Source: Podarcis gaigeae (taxonomy: Eukaryota). Taken from it: a stretch of 64,000 nt of DNA. The notes under the pieces are model-generated. The model made no database searches, was not told the DNA's origin, and was given only the letters and a program-made list of their open reading frames with translations. The stretch lies in assembly GCA_964106915.2 (NCBI GenBank), contig OZ066916.1, one strand, 5' to 3'. The position numbers were made by a program, and so were the translations under genes. Of this stretch, positions 13,989-26,390 are shown piece after piece (positions within the stretch are counted from its first letter, which is position 1; each line of letters opens with the position of its first letter).

Positions 13989-14535
13989 AGAGGGGCAACT
14001 GACTGAAAGCACCTGTTGATAACCACCCTTCTTTCCCCTTCCTCTGAATGGGAGGCATCTTCACTAGAATTTCCATCGTTTTCACTCAAGCTCTCATGCC
14101 TACCATGCCTCGTCTGAGGGTTGTTTTCCCCACTTCTTCCTCCCTTTTTTACTGTTATTAGTGTTGGAATTTGTCCCCGATTAGATGCTTCTTTGCTGTA
14201 GAGACAGGAAAAAAAGATGGCTGTTACATCTGAGTTGTACATTTTATTTTAATTTGCATGTGAAGCTCCAAAATTGTGATTGAAACTATATATAATATAT
14301 AAATATATATATATAAACTTATAAATATATAAAGTTTACTTACTGAAAAACCACTGCCTTATACACTTAAAGAAAAACACACACAAGGGTGCTCAGAAAT
14401 CCAGTGTACATTTCGTACACGAGTGGGCATTAGCCAAACCTAGTTACCTGCGCTGCCACTTTTCCCTCAGTTTGTATGTTCTGCTTGCTGCTGTTTTAAA
14501 GAAAACATCTCACGTGATAACTTTCCAAGAAGAAA

Positions 14536-14541
14536 AATAAA
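14536..14541 (+). terminator. Probable FKBP1B polyadenylation signal
   Basis: AATAAA about 550 nt after the stop, followed by a T/GT-rich tract. Confidence 0.6.
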
Positions 14542-17500
14542 ATCTTGATACTTTATGGATTTCTGTGCTTTCTTGTTTTTTTAAGCAGTTAAAAAACTTA
14601 AGCACAAGAATTCTTTCTCACTCCACTGGTAATATTGCTGCAGTTTTTGGATAAATCGGCTCTAATAACCAAAATCTTACTATAGGCACATAGGCAGCTT
14701 CCTTCTACTGATTCAGACCATTGGTCTATCTGAATATTGTCTACACTGACTGGCAGTGCCTTGCCAGGTTCCCAGGCAGGACTCCTTCCTAGTCCTACCC
14801 AGAGATGCCAGGGATTGAGTCTGTGACATTCTGCATGCCAGGCAGGTGTCCTGCCACTGAGCTATGGTGCTCTAGTTGAAGTCCAGAAACAAGTGCTTTT
14901 TATGTATTGCAGGCAACGACCGACTGATGTTCGTCCAATCGCCCATGCACACCCAGTGCCAAACCTGGAAGTGACACAAAAACGTCACTAAAAGGGCCAA
15001 ACCCTTTACGCGAACCCTGCCAATGTGAGCAAAACAAGGATTGCCTGTATTTGAATAATTAAAACTCTGTACAAAATGTATTTAAGAAAGGATACCGTGT
15101 TCTACACTCAAAATATACTCTGTAAATAATGGGCGACGTCCAGTGTCGTCAGATTTCTTCTTGCACAGCGAGACTTTATTTTCTCCTAGCTGTGGGCCCT
15201 TGTATGTCCCCAGAAGATTTGGGGGAGGTGTGCATGTAGGGGGTACTGAAAGGGAAAGGACAGGATAGCTCAATTTGCCTAGCGCATCATCCTCTGTTCT
15301 TGCCTAGCGCATCATCATCTGTTCTGACAAACTGTGTTTTTTTGAGGTTTCAGCCAGAGTCCTTTCCCATTACTTGCTATCTGGTTCTTTTGATTGATGA
15401 TGTGCCTGATTGTAACCTGGGCCTTCTTATACCATTGAGCTACAATTCCTCCCATATGAATTTATATGTCTGCTCTTTTTTTTTGGGGGGGGGGGGACTC
15501 ATATACCATACAAGCCCAGCTAGGCAATCTGGAAGTGATGGAACCCATTCAGGCTGACCAAAATGATACCCGCTTAGCTTTCACACTTTAGCTTCTGTGT
15601 TTCTACTAACCTCGAGTGGAATCAATGTGCAGGATTTGGGGCGGGTTTTTTCTCTTGGAAAATTAAATTACAAGCACCTTAACATGGGGGCGGTAAATCT
15701 TAAAAACCACCTGATCTTTTATATCCTGGCCTGCTCACAAAGATCTTGTGGAGGGAGTCTGTGTTGTTGATCCCCCCCTTGCTCAGATTAACAGCCCATA
15801 ACTATTACCTATGCATTCAGCATAGTGGGGTCAAGGCTGTGATATGCTCTCCTGAGATGAGACAGGCACTCCCCACCTTGCTAAACTTAAGGTTTTAACA
15901 GCATTTTAATGTAGTGTTGTGTGATCATTTTTGTATTTGTACCATTTTCTGTGGATTGCTTTGATGCACACCACTTAGAAATGTGAATAATTAAGAATTA
16001 TATAGATGCCTCAAATAAGCAGGAGGCAATAAAATGACAGGAGCCAGGCATGGAGGAAGAAGGCTTACGACTAGCATACAAGCTTTGGCTTGCTTTCTCA
16101 ATAAAAATTAGCTTTCTTCAGGAACTTTCTGGTTTGAGCATTCTGCCCCTACAATCATGAGGGTCAGGAGCCACTCTTTAAGTTCTTGATCTGAGGTTTG
16201 TCTAAATGCTAAGCTTAGGCAACTAGTAGTTATATCAGTGCACCCCATTCCACGTACTGTCAGAAGTTGCAGATATATATAAGGGTTATGATATTCATCA
16301 AGACAACCAAAGCATTAATTTGTGCTCTTTTTCTCTGATTTGTTGTAGAATTATGTCAGCGTAGTTTTCAAATAAGGGAATTCTGTTTCCTTCCATTATT
16401 AACATAAAAGCATTTTAGAAGGCTAAGCTACTTTCTGGGCACAATTTCTGGTGTAGCCTAAAAAAAACCAAAAAACATAAATTCAACTGCATCAACAGAA
16501 GTGTACAAGGACATTAATACCTTGGCAAGCCACCCTTTCCCCCATTCCTTTTAAATTGATCTCATTCCTTGTATTCTGTTGCCTCACAAGGAAAATACTG
16601 AAGAGATTTCATCCAAATAACCCTCTAGGCACTTGCTTTCCATATCCTTGTGCGGAAAGCAAAAACTGTTTACTTTGTGTGCACACAGAGAAACAGGGCT
16701 CCTAAAATAAGCTCTAGAAGAGCAATCTGGGAATCTCCTCTGTCAATGAAGCCCCAAAGACACTGCTTTGCTGAGTAATCAGCACTAAGAACAGTTGGTT
16801 TTATATTCTCAGAGCCAAAGAAACATTAAAATCTGAATAAACACATAGTAACAGAAATTAAAAGGAAAATGGCATACTATTTTTATTTGTCAAATGAACA
16901 AAGTTAAAGTTATGCCTGTCACTTAGAAGAGCGATATTAACAGCAAAACGAAAAGCCAGACCAGAAAAACATTGTCAAAAAAAATTGACAGTCTTTGGAT
17001 GGACACATCCAAATAAGCCTAGAACTCCTTTCATCTTTTGAAGAGCTTCACTGCGGAGATGAGTTTGTCGTTTTAGTTGTCCTTCCAGATGAACTATGGA
17101 TTCAAAACCCAAGATAGTAGGACAGGCGGCCAGGCAAATAGACCACTGCAGCAAATGCCAAATGAACTCTGCTATTCTCTGTAACAAAGCTCTTTAAAAT
17201 ACATCTTGGAGCCAGTTCACTACCGTAATTGCACCAGACTTTATTAAGATGAATTATCCCCTAAGGTTAGATGAACACTAGGCATAGTATCTCACTTGCA
17301 AACTTCATTCCCTACTTGCAGCTTTTTTCTAAAGCATATCTTAATGCCACAGCTAAAGACAAATTGTGAAAATACATTTATGAAACCATAACACAAAATA
17401 AGTGTACTTTCCTAACAGATTAAATACAACATTTTATCCCAGAATGTTTTACATGTTCTCACAACTGTAATGATTATATTGATTAAGTATTCAAAAAGCT

Positions 17501-17784
17501 TTTTATGAGGCTCTGAGCTGTAGGATATTTCTACAAAAGTGTACCAAATTCTATGGCTAACCTTAATTTCAAAGTGCCAAGTATCATAACGACAGGGCAG
17601 TCACGAGTCTTTCCAAAACTGGGATTATAAAGCTATATTTGCACTAAATCTAGCATCCCAAAATGTCCTTGCTCCAAACTAATCATGCACATTTTGTGGG
17701 GCACTTAGTTTAGAAACACCAATAGGATTTTTTAAAAGAAAAAAAAAGTCCAAAAGAGCCAGTTCCTCATAGAGGTTATAATTT

Positions 17785-17874
17785 TTATTTTGGTGGGTCT
17801 GTATTTATTCCGTATTTCTCCTTCAGAAGTTTGAGCTGCTCTTCCTTCTTCTTTGTATCCATCTTTTGGAATGC
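17785..17874 (-). CDS. SF3B6: Splicing factor 3b subunit 6 (p14), exon 4
   Basis: ttacag|GCA TTC ... CCA AAA TAA. Encodes [29 protein letters not shown]. Confidence 0.97.
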   Translation of the reverse strand, partial: AFQKMDTKKKEEQLKLLKEKYGINTDPPK

Positions 17875-19199
17875 CTGTAATAAAACAAAAATATTATTAA
17901 CAAAAGAACACGCTTTAGTCAAAACAACTTCATCCCATCTATTTATTTCAAAGCAATCTCACTTTTTTATCTTATGAATTTAAATGATAAACAGGCAACT
18001 TGCCTTGCTACCAAGAAAAGCAGACACTTTATAGTAACTATGTTCCAAAACACATTTATTTAATTCCTCAGGAAAGGTATTTGGGAAAGAACAGCTTGAC
18101 CCTAAATAATACTGCATAAGCAGCCTCATGTTGTGCCCATGCTGCTCTAAGATTTTCACAAATCAGGAGGTGGAACAGAGGAGAAATTGCTGGGTGTCCC
18201 CAGGCACATCTATTAACAGGCTTTTATAAGGCATCTCCTCCCATCATCTGTAGAAAGATTCACTTCCAAGTAACCAAGCAAAGAAGCTTTGTGAACTGGA
18301 TGAAAGAAAGGTGATCCCTTTCTTTGTTTTAAGGCATCAATGTGGTACAAGCAACTAAACTAACCCCCATTCCGCCCCCTCTTTTTTGCTCGCATTTTAA
18401 CTTCTGTGGGGAAAAAGCACATTTGTCCCATAGACAAGACAGATGCAGAGTTTCTAAGAGACCTATCAAGATCTGCACAGATTCAGTCAATCAATCAATG
18501 CACAGATTAAAAACCCTGACGTCTTTGTACCTGTTCTGAGCCTCAAGAGAGATTTGAACGTAAATGCCAGTTATGTTAGTAGCCAAAGCAGCTCAAAACC
18601 AAGATGCTAGACTAAGGAGTCAAACCATTCAAATCGTTTGCTCATTTTCTTTCTGTGGTACACAGAAATCCAGACCTTTCCCACAAGGTTATTTCAGAGT
18701 CTGCAACAGTGAGTTAAAGCATTGAAACAACAAGCCTTCATCCTGCCTGCTGGTTCCTCGTCCACACAGTGGGCTGGACAAACCTAACAGGTATGGAAAT
18801 CCTGTGAGATTGTGCTTTTTCCCATCCACTCTGAATACTCTGGCTGGGGCATTCAGTCAATACCTTGCTCTGAATACGCAGCCTGTATTGAACTTGTTCC
18901 GTTCCGAGTTTGATAAACACTTTTAAAGATTCAGGTTTTTTGATTTACACAAAATACAGATTCACTTCAATTTAGAGGATATTTGCTTTAGAGAATCTTA
19001 AAGGACACACAATCTGATTAGGAATAAACAGGACTGGAAGAGTCCTGTTTCCTTTATACAAGCCCCTGCTATTGAGGGTTAAAAAAGAGGAAACACGCCA
19101 ATTCACTTAAATTGAATTATTCCAGAACTGTTTTCACAATGATCTTATAAAAAAGTTAATCTCATGTTCAAATGTTTTAAGAAAAGCTCTTGTACTTGC

Positions 19200-19338
19200 C
19201 CTGTTTGCATTATAGTACAAGACAACAAGGTATCTGTTGCACACGTTGAATCCTGACAGATGATCACAAGCATTCTTGGCATCAAAGATATCTTCATAGA
19301 CAACGTAGGCTGTACCTCTAGTCTCAGGAGTATTTCCT
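19200..19338 (-). CDS. SF3B6: SF3B6 exon 3 (GC donor)
   Basis: 139 nt encoding (V)[46 protein letters not shown]; ends AGG|gcaagt. Confidence 0.96.
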
Positions 19339-19894
19339 CTGTAACAAAAAACAAAACAAAAAAATTAATGTTAGCAAAAGATAAGAAAAAAATCATGTTA
19401 ATATTTACACCTCTTTGTTGTAGTCACCGTTACATTCTGACCCTAGGAAAGGCAGTGACATCAATCCTATGCTGTCTCACTTGGAGGTGAACTCAATGAA
19501 ACTGTGCATTAGATTGGGCTGCGGAAGATTTGCCTATACAGTAACAATTTTCTCACAACAAATTGCTCCCTTTTGGGTCTATTAATTACCCCCCTGTAAA
19601 AAATCAAAACAAAAAACCCCAACCCAAACTCACACACAACCAAAACTCTCTACATAATTCTAATATTTTCACTCACGGAATATCCCCCATATTATCTATG
19701 TCTCTATGTGCATTGCCTATATTGGTTTGTTCCCCAGACAGAATTCAAATCAAGTGGGCTGATATATTTAGACTCCCAACTGCTTTATTTTACACTGAAA
19801 GCTGCAATAATGATCTGTCAGTCAACTAGAAAGCTACTTGACATAAGAAAATTCTAATTTCTATGCTTTGTTTGGCAACGTACAACAGACTTAC

Positions 19895-20013
19895 ACTCTG
19901 ATTTGTCGAATCGGTCCATATTTTCCAAAAATGTCATACATTTCTTCTGCTGTGATTTTATACGGTAAGTTTCTGATATATAAAATTCGATTCACTTCAG
20001 GGGGCAGACGGAT
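19895..20013 (-). CDS. SF3B6: SF3B6 exon 2
   Basis: 119 nt encoding [39 protein letters not shown](V); ag and gtaagt boundaries. Confidence 0.97.
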
Positions 20014-20593
20014 CTAGAGTCGATAAAAATTACAAACCAGAAGCAAATTAACAACATGATTTCTTTGTATGGTATGTAGATATGTAATCAGAGAATAATT
20101 TTAACTTTGGCAATGCAGAGGGTAGATGACCCTCAGGGGACCCTCAGGGGTCCTTCCAACTCTATGCAATTCTATGCAACTCTGCCTTGTTGCGAGCGCT
20201 ATCCAGGTCATCCCCAGCCAGCTTTGCTAACAGAAAAAGCACGACTCCTGGTCTCTACATCGGAGAAAGTTGGGAGGGTGTGTAGTTATGTGACTCCTGA
20301 TCCAAGGAAAAGAGCAACTATACAACCCTTAGAACACATTCCAAGGCAGCCCTGTATTGGGAAGTTTTTAGATGTTTTATTTCAATCAATCAATCAATCA
20401 ATCAATCAACATTTACTGGCATACAGAGAGGACAGGACCATACAAGTCGACGAATAAAAATTGGCATCTGTTCACAAGAGGAGATGCTCGGGGAGAAAAA
20501 CCATAGAGACCTAGTGGGGGTTTAATCTTTTATTGTGTTTTTATATATGTTGGAAGCCACCCAGAATGGCTGGGGCAAACTTGTCAGGTGGGT

Positions 20594-21164
20594 GAGGAAT
20601 AACAATAATGGTAGCCCCACAACATATGGGGGTGCCTCCCCAGAGTCCAAAGTAGGCTAATAATAATAATGCTCACCACAACATATAGGGGTGCCCCCAG
20701 AGCCCAAAGGCTAATTAATAATAACAATAATAATGACAGCCCCACAGCATATAGGGGAACCCCCTGAACCCGAAGGCTAATAATTAATAACGGCAACCCC
20801 ACAATATATGGGGGTGCCCCCCGAGCCCGAAGGCTAATAAATAATAATAATAACGACAGCCCCACAACATATGGGGTGCCCTCCAAAGCCCGAAGGCTAA
20901 TAATAATGGCAGCCCCACAACATACAGGGGTGCCCCCTGAACCCAAAGACTAATAATAATAATGGCAACCCCACAATATATGGGGGTGCCCCCCCGAGCC
21001 CGAAGGCTAATAAATAATAATAATGACAGCTCCACAACATATGGGGTGCCCCGCAAAGCCCGAAGAAGGCTAATAATAATAATAATAATAATGGCAGCCC
21101 CACAACATATGGGGTGCCCCGCAAAGCCCGAAGGGGGCTAATAATGATGATGATGATGATGATG

Positions 21165-21197
<33 letters not shown>

Positions 21198-21232
21198 GCA
21201 GCCCCACAACATATGGGAGTGCACCCCCCAGC
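20594..21232. repeat. Minisatellite, about 10 units of about 60 bp, in SF3B6 intron 1
   Basis: Recurring unit GGCT(AAT)nGGCAGCCCCACAACATATGGGGTGCCCCCnnAGCCCGAA. Confidence 0.92.
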
Positions 21233-21660
21233 GGACCCGCTTCACGCCCTTCCCACTTGACGCGCCTTCCTGAATGTCCCGAAAGTGGAGGAGGAAGAGG
21301 CGCAGAACCAGACGCGGGGGCAGAAAGGAGAAGCGGAGTCGGAAGCGAGGGAAGGGCAGCCGACGTGCAAAATGGCCCCGCCACGCACAGGAGAAAGGGA
21401 AAGGGGGGTCCCAGCTTACATTGGCGCGTTTCGCCGCTTGCATCGCCATGGCGGCGGCCTTGTGTGGGAAGCTGCTTCCGCTGCTGAGGGAAACGGGAGC
21501 GTCGCCGGCGCCGCGACTGACCGAGCGAGAGGGCCGCGAAGCCTCAGGACAGCCACAACCGCGTTCTGCGCCTGCGCCGGAAGAAGGCGCGCGGGGAACA
21601 TCCGCTTCGCCTCGCCTCTCTCCCGGATATGACGTCTGACTTCCTGCGCTCTGCCATAAG
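21230..21660 (-). promoter_or_regulatory. SF3B6 CpG-island promoter
   Basis: High CpG density around exon 1; NRF1-like TGCGCCTGCGC near 21567, TGACGTC near 21630 and ETS-like ACTTCCTG near 21639. Confidence 0.75.
21420..21449 (-). CDS. SF3B6: SF3B6 exon 1, coding part
   Basis: Kozak context GCCGCCGCCATGG; encodes MAMQAAKRAN followed by gtaag. Confidence 0.97.
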
Positions 21661-22113
21661 AGTGGCTGGGGATGGGGTGGATAATCTGGAGCGGATCCAG
21701 TTGCTGCTGATTCTCCGCCCCCCTTCTTCTTCTTCTTTTGAAAAAGCTGCTTAAGTCCAAAGCTCAGCAGCCAAAGGAGGCAATTTACTGCAGGAGAAAA
21801 AAAGTTAACCTCTAAAGGGGAGGGAGGAAGTCCATGGGAACTTATGTAATTCTTGTTTTGTTTTGTTTTTGATGTAAAAATTGAGATTTCGTCGATATCT
21901 GATCATTGTCTCTGATTGTATTACCTGGGCAGCCTGGCCATTCTTTTGTGTTTCAGTTAAAAAAAAAATAAAGCGATACAGAAAAAGAAGGAAACGGGAG
22001 AGGGAGAAAAACAACAATAACACATATAAAAACGAAAATATACAAAAAAGGGAGCAATATATGATATTCCCATACATTCTTGTATAAATTGGTGTAGTGT
22101 TATTGCCCAAGTG

Positions 22114-22249
22114 CAGAAATAAGCAAACTCGGCCTGCCAGGTGTTTTGAGACTACAATTCCCATCATACCTGACCACTGGTCCTGTTAGCTAGGGGTGAT
22201 GGGAGTTGTAGTCCCAAAACATCTGGCGGGCCGAGTTTGCCTATGCCTG
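22114..22249. mobile_element. Palindromic hAT MITE nested in an L1 3' end
   Basis: Long hairpin; 8-bp TSD CCCAAGTG / CCCTAGTG. Confidence 0.82.
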
Positions 22250-22259
22250 CCCTAGTGCT

Positions 22260-22645
22260 TATTTAAATGCTAATAGTCTACTAAATTTTGCATAAACTCA
22301 TTCCAAATGCTATCGTATTTATCCATACAGAGTCTGCGCCTGTAAGCAGTCTGTTCATAAATTGCCATTGATGTCATATCAGTCTATTGATTGAAGGGTA
22401 TAGCATATCTTTATTTTTCCAATTCCTCAGTATCAATCTTTTGGTCACCGTTAAGGCATGAAATATCCATTTCCGTTGTCCCGTTGATAATTCCCATACT
22501 GCAGGTATATAGTTCAATAAAATATCCGCTGAAAGATTTAACTTTTTCTGCACAGTCATATAGTTACACAGTCCAGCACTTTCTCCCAAAGCTTGTTCAG
22601 TAAAGAGCACTGTGCAAACATGTGTTTCAGAGAGACATATTTCAG
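22260..22645 (-). mobile_element. L1-clade LINE ORF2 3' fragment
   Basis: Minus-strand translation LKHMFAQC ... LLNYIPAVWELSTGQRKWIFHALTVTKRLILRNWK; related fragment at about 9790-10060. Confidence 0.78.
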
Positions 22646-22865
22646 AAAGCCTGAAATGATATGGTTTAGCCACAAGAGGGTAGCGGCAGAGTGTATTGTC
22701 GATTAAATGCTTTGGAAGTATTATTCCGCCAGGTGGCGCTGGCCCACGCCTGCACGGGAAATTTTGGATTTCCGCCTAAAGTCAACAGCACAGACTTACA
22801 ATAGCATAATGATAGACTGATAACTCCATTGATTGAAGATGAGATAGTCTGGTTCCTTAGATGCA
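22450..22865 (+). repeat. Direct repeat copy A (about 415 bp)
   Basis: Colinear, high-identity match to 35302-35723. Confidence 0.92.
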
Positions 22866-24059
22866 CAGGAAGCAGAAGATGCCACAGATGTTTTATTCCT
22901 GCCTCTCAGCCTTACATGTCTGAAACAAAAAAGAAGCAGAAATAATCCACAACAAGCCTCTGTTGCCCAGTATGAGCCAGGGGTCTACATACCCTCAACA
23001 CTGACTTATATTTCTTCACATGTGGCTTGAGGACCATGGGACAATATGTCCATAGATCTCCTTCCCATAGGGGATTGAATGTGAAAATTATTGTTACTGT
23101 GTTCATTAGTCAGGATCTTTATTTGTTTGCAGCAATGGGATTACTATTACAATCAAACCAGCCTTTTATGCAATTTTATTTTATGAATCTGAAATAAATA
23201 GGGAAGGGAGCAAATTGAAACCCCTCTCCACACATTACTAATAACCCCGTGTAGTATTTATGGGTTTTGTTTTTTAAAACATTTTATTAACACATACTGC
23301 ACTACTTCATGAATTTAGATTCATGGGCTTAATATTTTCTGTACGGTTTTTGCATGCTTGAAAAACAAGGTACTGCTTATTAATGAACAGATAGATTGCT
23401 TTTCAAAATTCCTCCATCAAATGAGCATTTAAAAACTTTGTGATTTAAAACTTTTATCCTATGATAAAAGAACTGCTTGGAATGACATAAATCTTCAACA
23501 CATGTCTAGAAATAATAATTATTACTAAACATTTAGAAAAATCTAAAATTTTCAAAGCATTGCACACATATTGATAGTGAAAATGGCCCTTGCCCCCAAG
23601 CTTGCAATGATACACATGATACAAAAGGGAAAAGGAATGGGGAGGGAAGAGGAAAGCAAACATTTGAAGCCAATGGATGGGGCCAGGCCCAGTGGTGGAG
23701 GAACCCTCTCTGGCACCTGGGGCGGCATAGCCCGTGCAAACTGCGCGTGTGCGGCATCTCGCATGTGTGCACTCCTTATGGAATGCCGCACATGCGCAGT
23801 CCATATGGGCTGCCACTTGAGCAGTATCCCATGCGGACTGCATATGCCCTTGGCCGTTCTACAGCTGGGGGAGGCAGGGGCCATCTTGTCACCCATCCCA
23901 GAGTGGCACCTGGGGCGGCCCCCCCCCTTTCTACACCCCTAGCCAGGCCAGGCCCTGGCCACCCCTGGTCTTCTTCTCCAATATGTGAACTGCATTTTTG
24001 TGTAAGTCCATCTATGTTGGTACCTTTTTCTTAGAAGTGCTTCTTGTTTTTCAATCTAG

Positions 24060-24182
24060 GACTTCAAGGCAAGGGTAAGCAACATCTCCACAATTAAGAA
24101 ATTCTTGGAGCCAGGCAGCCAGAGGAAATTTGAATTAGACGACAAGGCTCTTCAAGAGATCAAGAAGATTTTCAACATCTGA
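24060..24182 (+). pseudogene. Orphan last coding exon of a second alpha-class GST paralog
   Basis: tcaatctag|GAC TTC ... ATC TGA encodes DFKARVSNISTIKKFLEPGSQRKFELDDKALQEIKKIFNI*, homologous to the exon at 34249-34368. No upstream GST exons found between here and the SF3B6 promoter. Confidence 0.88.
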
Positions 24183-24442
24183 GAACATCTGCTATGAAGA
24201 TCACTACAAATACTGGCATGATTTTAACAAATCTGTGTGACTTCTCTCTTACCAGTTGGAGGATTAACAGTGTCGTCCTATTCATGTCTATTCAGCATTA
24301 GTTCCATTTGAATTCAGTGTAGCTTACTTCTGGGTAAATGTAGGTATAGGATTGGAGCCTAAATCCGTAAAATAGTATTTCCTCTTGGTTCCATAGTCTC
24401 AAATGCTTTTGATTGCAAACTCTTGAAAAATGTAGTAGATGA

Positions 24443-26114
24443 CTTCTTCCGGGTCGGCGCCATCGCCGAATGGCGGGCTCCCTCCGAGCTCCGGAGGGAG
24501 CCGGCTTGGCAGGGGCTGGGTCCTACCGCACCGGCGATGCGGGGACCCTTAAAAACCACGGCCAGATTGAGGCCGTGGACATGGAGACTCGGCTGGCACC
24601 GTTAGCGCCCTCCCGACTCGTGAAGGAGCCTTTTTAAAGGCTACGGATCGGGTGCCGGGGAGAAGCGTGGTGCTTTGAGTTCTCTGCTATCCCTGCCGAG
24701 CGCAGCCGCATGCCATCCGGCGGAGAGCGCTGACTTCTTCCATTGAAAATTCGGCTCTAAAGAAGAACCCGTGAGTAATTGGAATATGGACTAAAAAAAA
24801 GGGGATAAATTTTTAAAATTCGGAGCGAACGGGGGAGGTGGAAAAAAGGAAGTCAGCCTACCCCTAAATTGTAGAAGAGCCAAAACAAAGGACTGGACAA
24901 CTAAGATCGAGTGTAACCTTATCTTGCCGAATCAGCAACTTCGCGAGGGAAAATTATAAGATTGAGCTGGAGGAGAAAAGTGGAATTGTTTTTTTAAAAA
25001 AAAAAGCAACCCCCCCGGAATCCCTGGAGCGATTCGTGAAACTGCCTGGAGAAAAGTGATGGAGGTTTTGACAGCTGTCAAAGAGCTGTCAAAAAGGAAG
25101 ATTAAAATAGAGACTTTGTAATAAGGACTTTGCCGGTTATATTTGTTACAAATTGAATACAAACTGTTTTAAATATCGGACAACAAGCTACTTGGTCTGG
25201 TGGATGTGATTCTGGAAGGGAACTTTGTTATTGCAATCCACCTAGAGGAGCCGAGGGACATTGCATGTGTTTTTCACAGGAAATGTGAACTGTTGAATGG
25301 AACTTTCAATCTCCTGGGAAACTGCAGGAATGGAACACTATTTTGTCTACAGAGGTCTACACACTACAGGAAACAATGGAACTATTTGTTGGAAAATGAA
25401 AGGAACATGATGTAATGTTTTGCTTCAAGAATAACAAACCTCTGCAGAGACACTAGAAACTTTTGGAAAAAGAACATTTCTGTGGGAGAACAGAGAAATA
25501 AAAAGGAGGAGAATGATTGATAAGAACAAGGAAACAACAAGAATTGGACAGAACTGGGGGAACATTTGGGATATTCAGGTTTGACAAGCTTATGGATACA
25601 AAATTGGAGTTTTTACTCCTGGATATAAAAACCTGGATAGAAGAAATGGGCCCTTATTTGATAGACTCCTTCTACGATTGGACATCCGTAATTAAAGACT
25701 GGCAAAGAACCTGAGGGACATAGTGTAATGTGGGAACTCCAGGAAGATATTAGAAGTGGAGGGATAGGTGAAACGCAAAGGGGAAAGAGGGGAGGGAAAA
25801 TTGGAATCCAAAGGCTGTAAAATTACTATTTATATTTATCTTATTTCCATCTGTACTATGTTTGAAAGGGGGAAACTCGTTGAAGGGTATAGATCGATCT
25901 TAGGGGATGGGAATTTGGATAAATTGGGTTATTGATGAAGAGTGTAATTTGGGGATAAGAATTTGTTGAATTTAATTGCTTATTTGGAAGATTTGGAACA
26001 CAAGAGGGGGTAGGGAGGGGAAGTCCTAGTTATTGGCAATAGATTGGATTTAATTCGTTTTGATTTGTTCTAATTTGGAAAACCTTAATAAAAATTATTA
26101 TAAAAAAAAAAAAA
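24443..26114 (+). mobile_element. Non-autonomous L1-type retroelement, 1.67 kb
   Basis: TSD GAAAAATGTAGTAGATGA at 24425-24442 and 26115-26132; CpG-rich 5' end; AATAAA plus A-tail; no recognisable endonuclease or RT ORF. Confidence 0.85.
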
Positions 26115-26390
26115 GAAAAATGTAGTAGATGAGAACTCTTTTGTGAAGATTCTGAGGCCTCCTTTAGATATTAGTCTAATGCAACCTGCCGAAACTTGGT
26201 ATGATACCTTCCAAGGGTTTTGGACTACAGTTCCCATCAGCCACAGCCAGCATGGCCAACAGTCAAAGAATGAAATTGCCAGAGCCAACAAACATTTGAT
26301 ATTGTGCAAGGATTTTTTGCAGCCGGAACTCACTGGAACTGAATTCCACCACCTCTCTGGTTTATTCCAGAGTTCAAATGCTACTGAGTA

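Noticed and set aside
20584-21384. CRISPR-like array or repetitive membrane-protein ORFs
   Set aside because: Units are contiguous with no unique spacers, and the context is a eukaryotic intron; this is a minisatellite.
21257-21760. Arg-rich ORFs overlapping SF3B6 exon 1
   Set aside because: Expected by-product of stop-poor CpG-island DNA.
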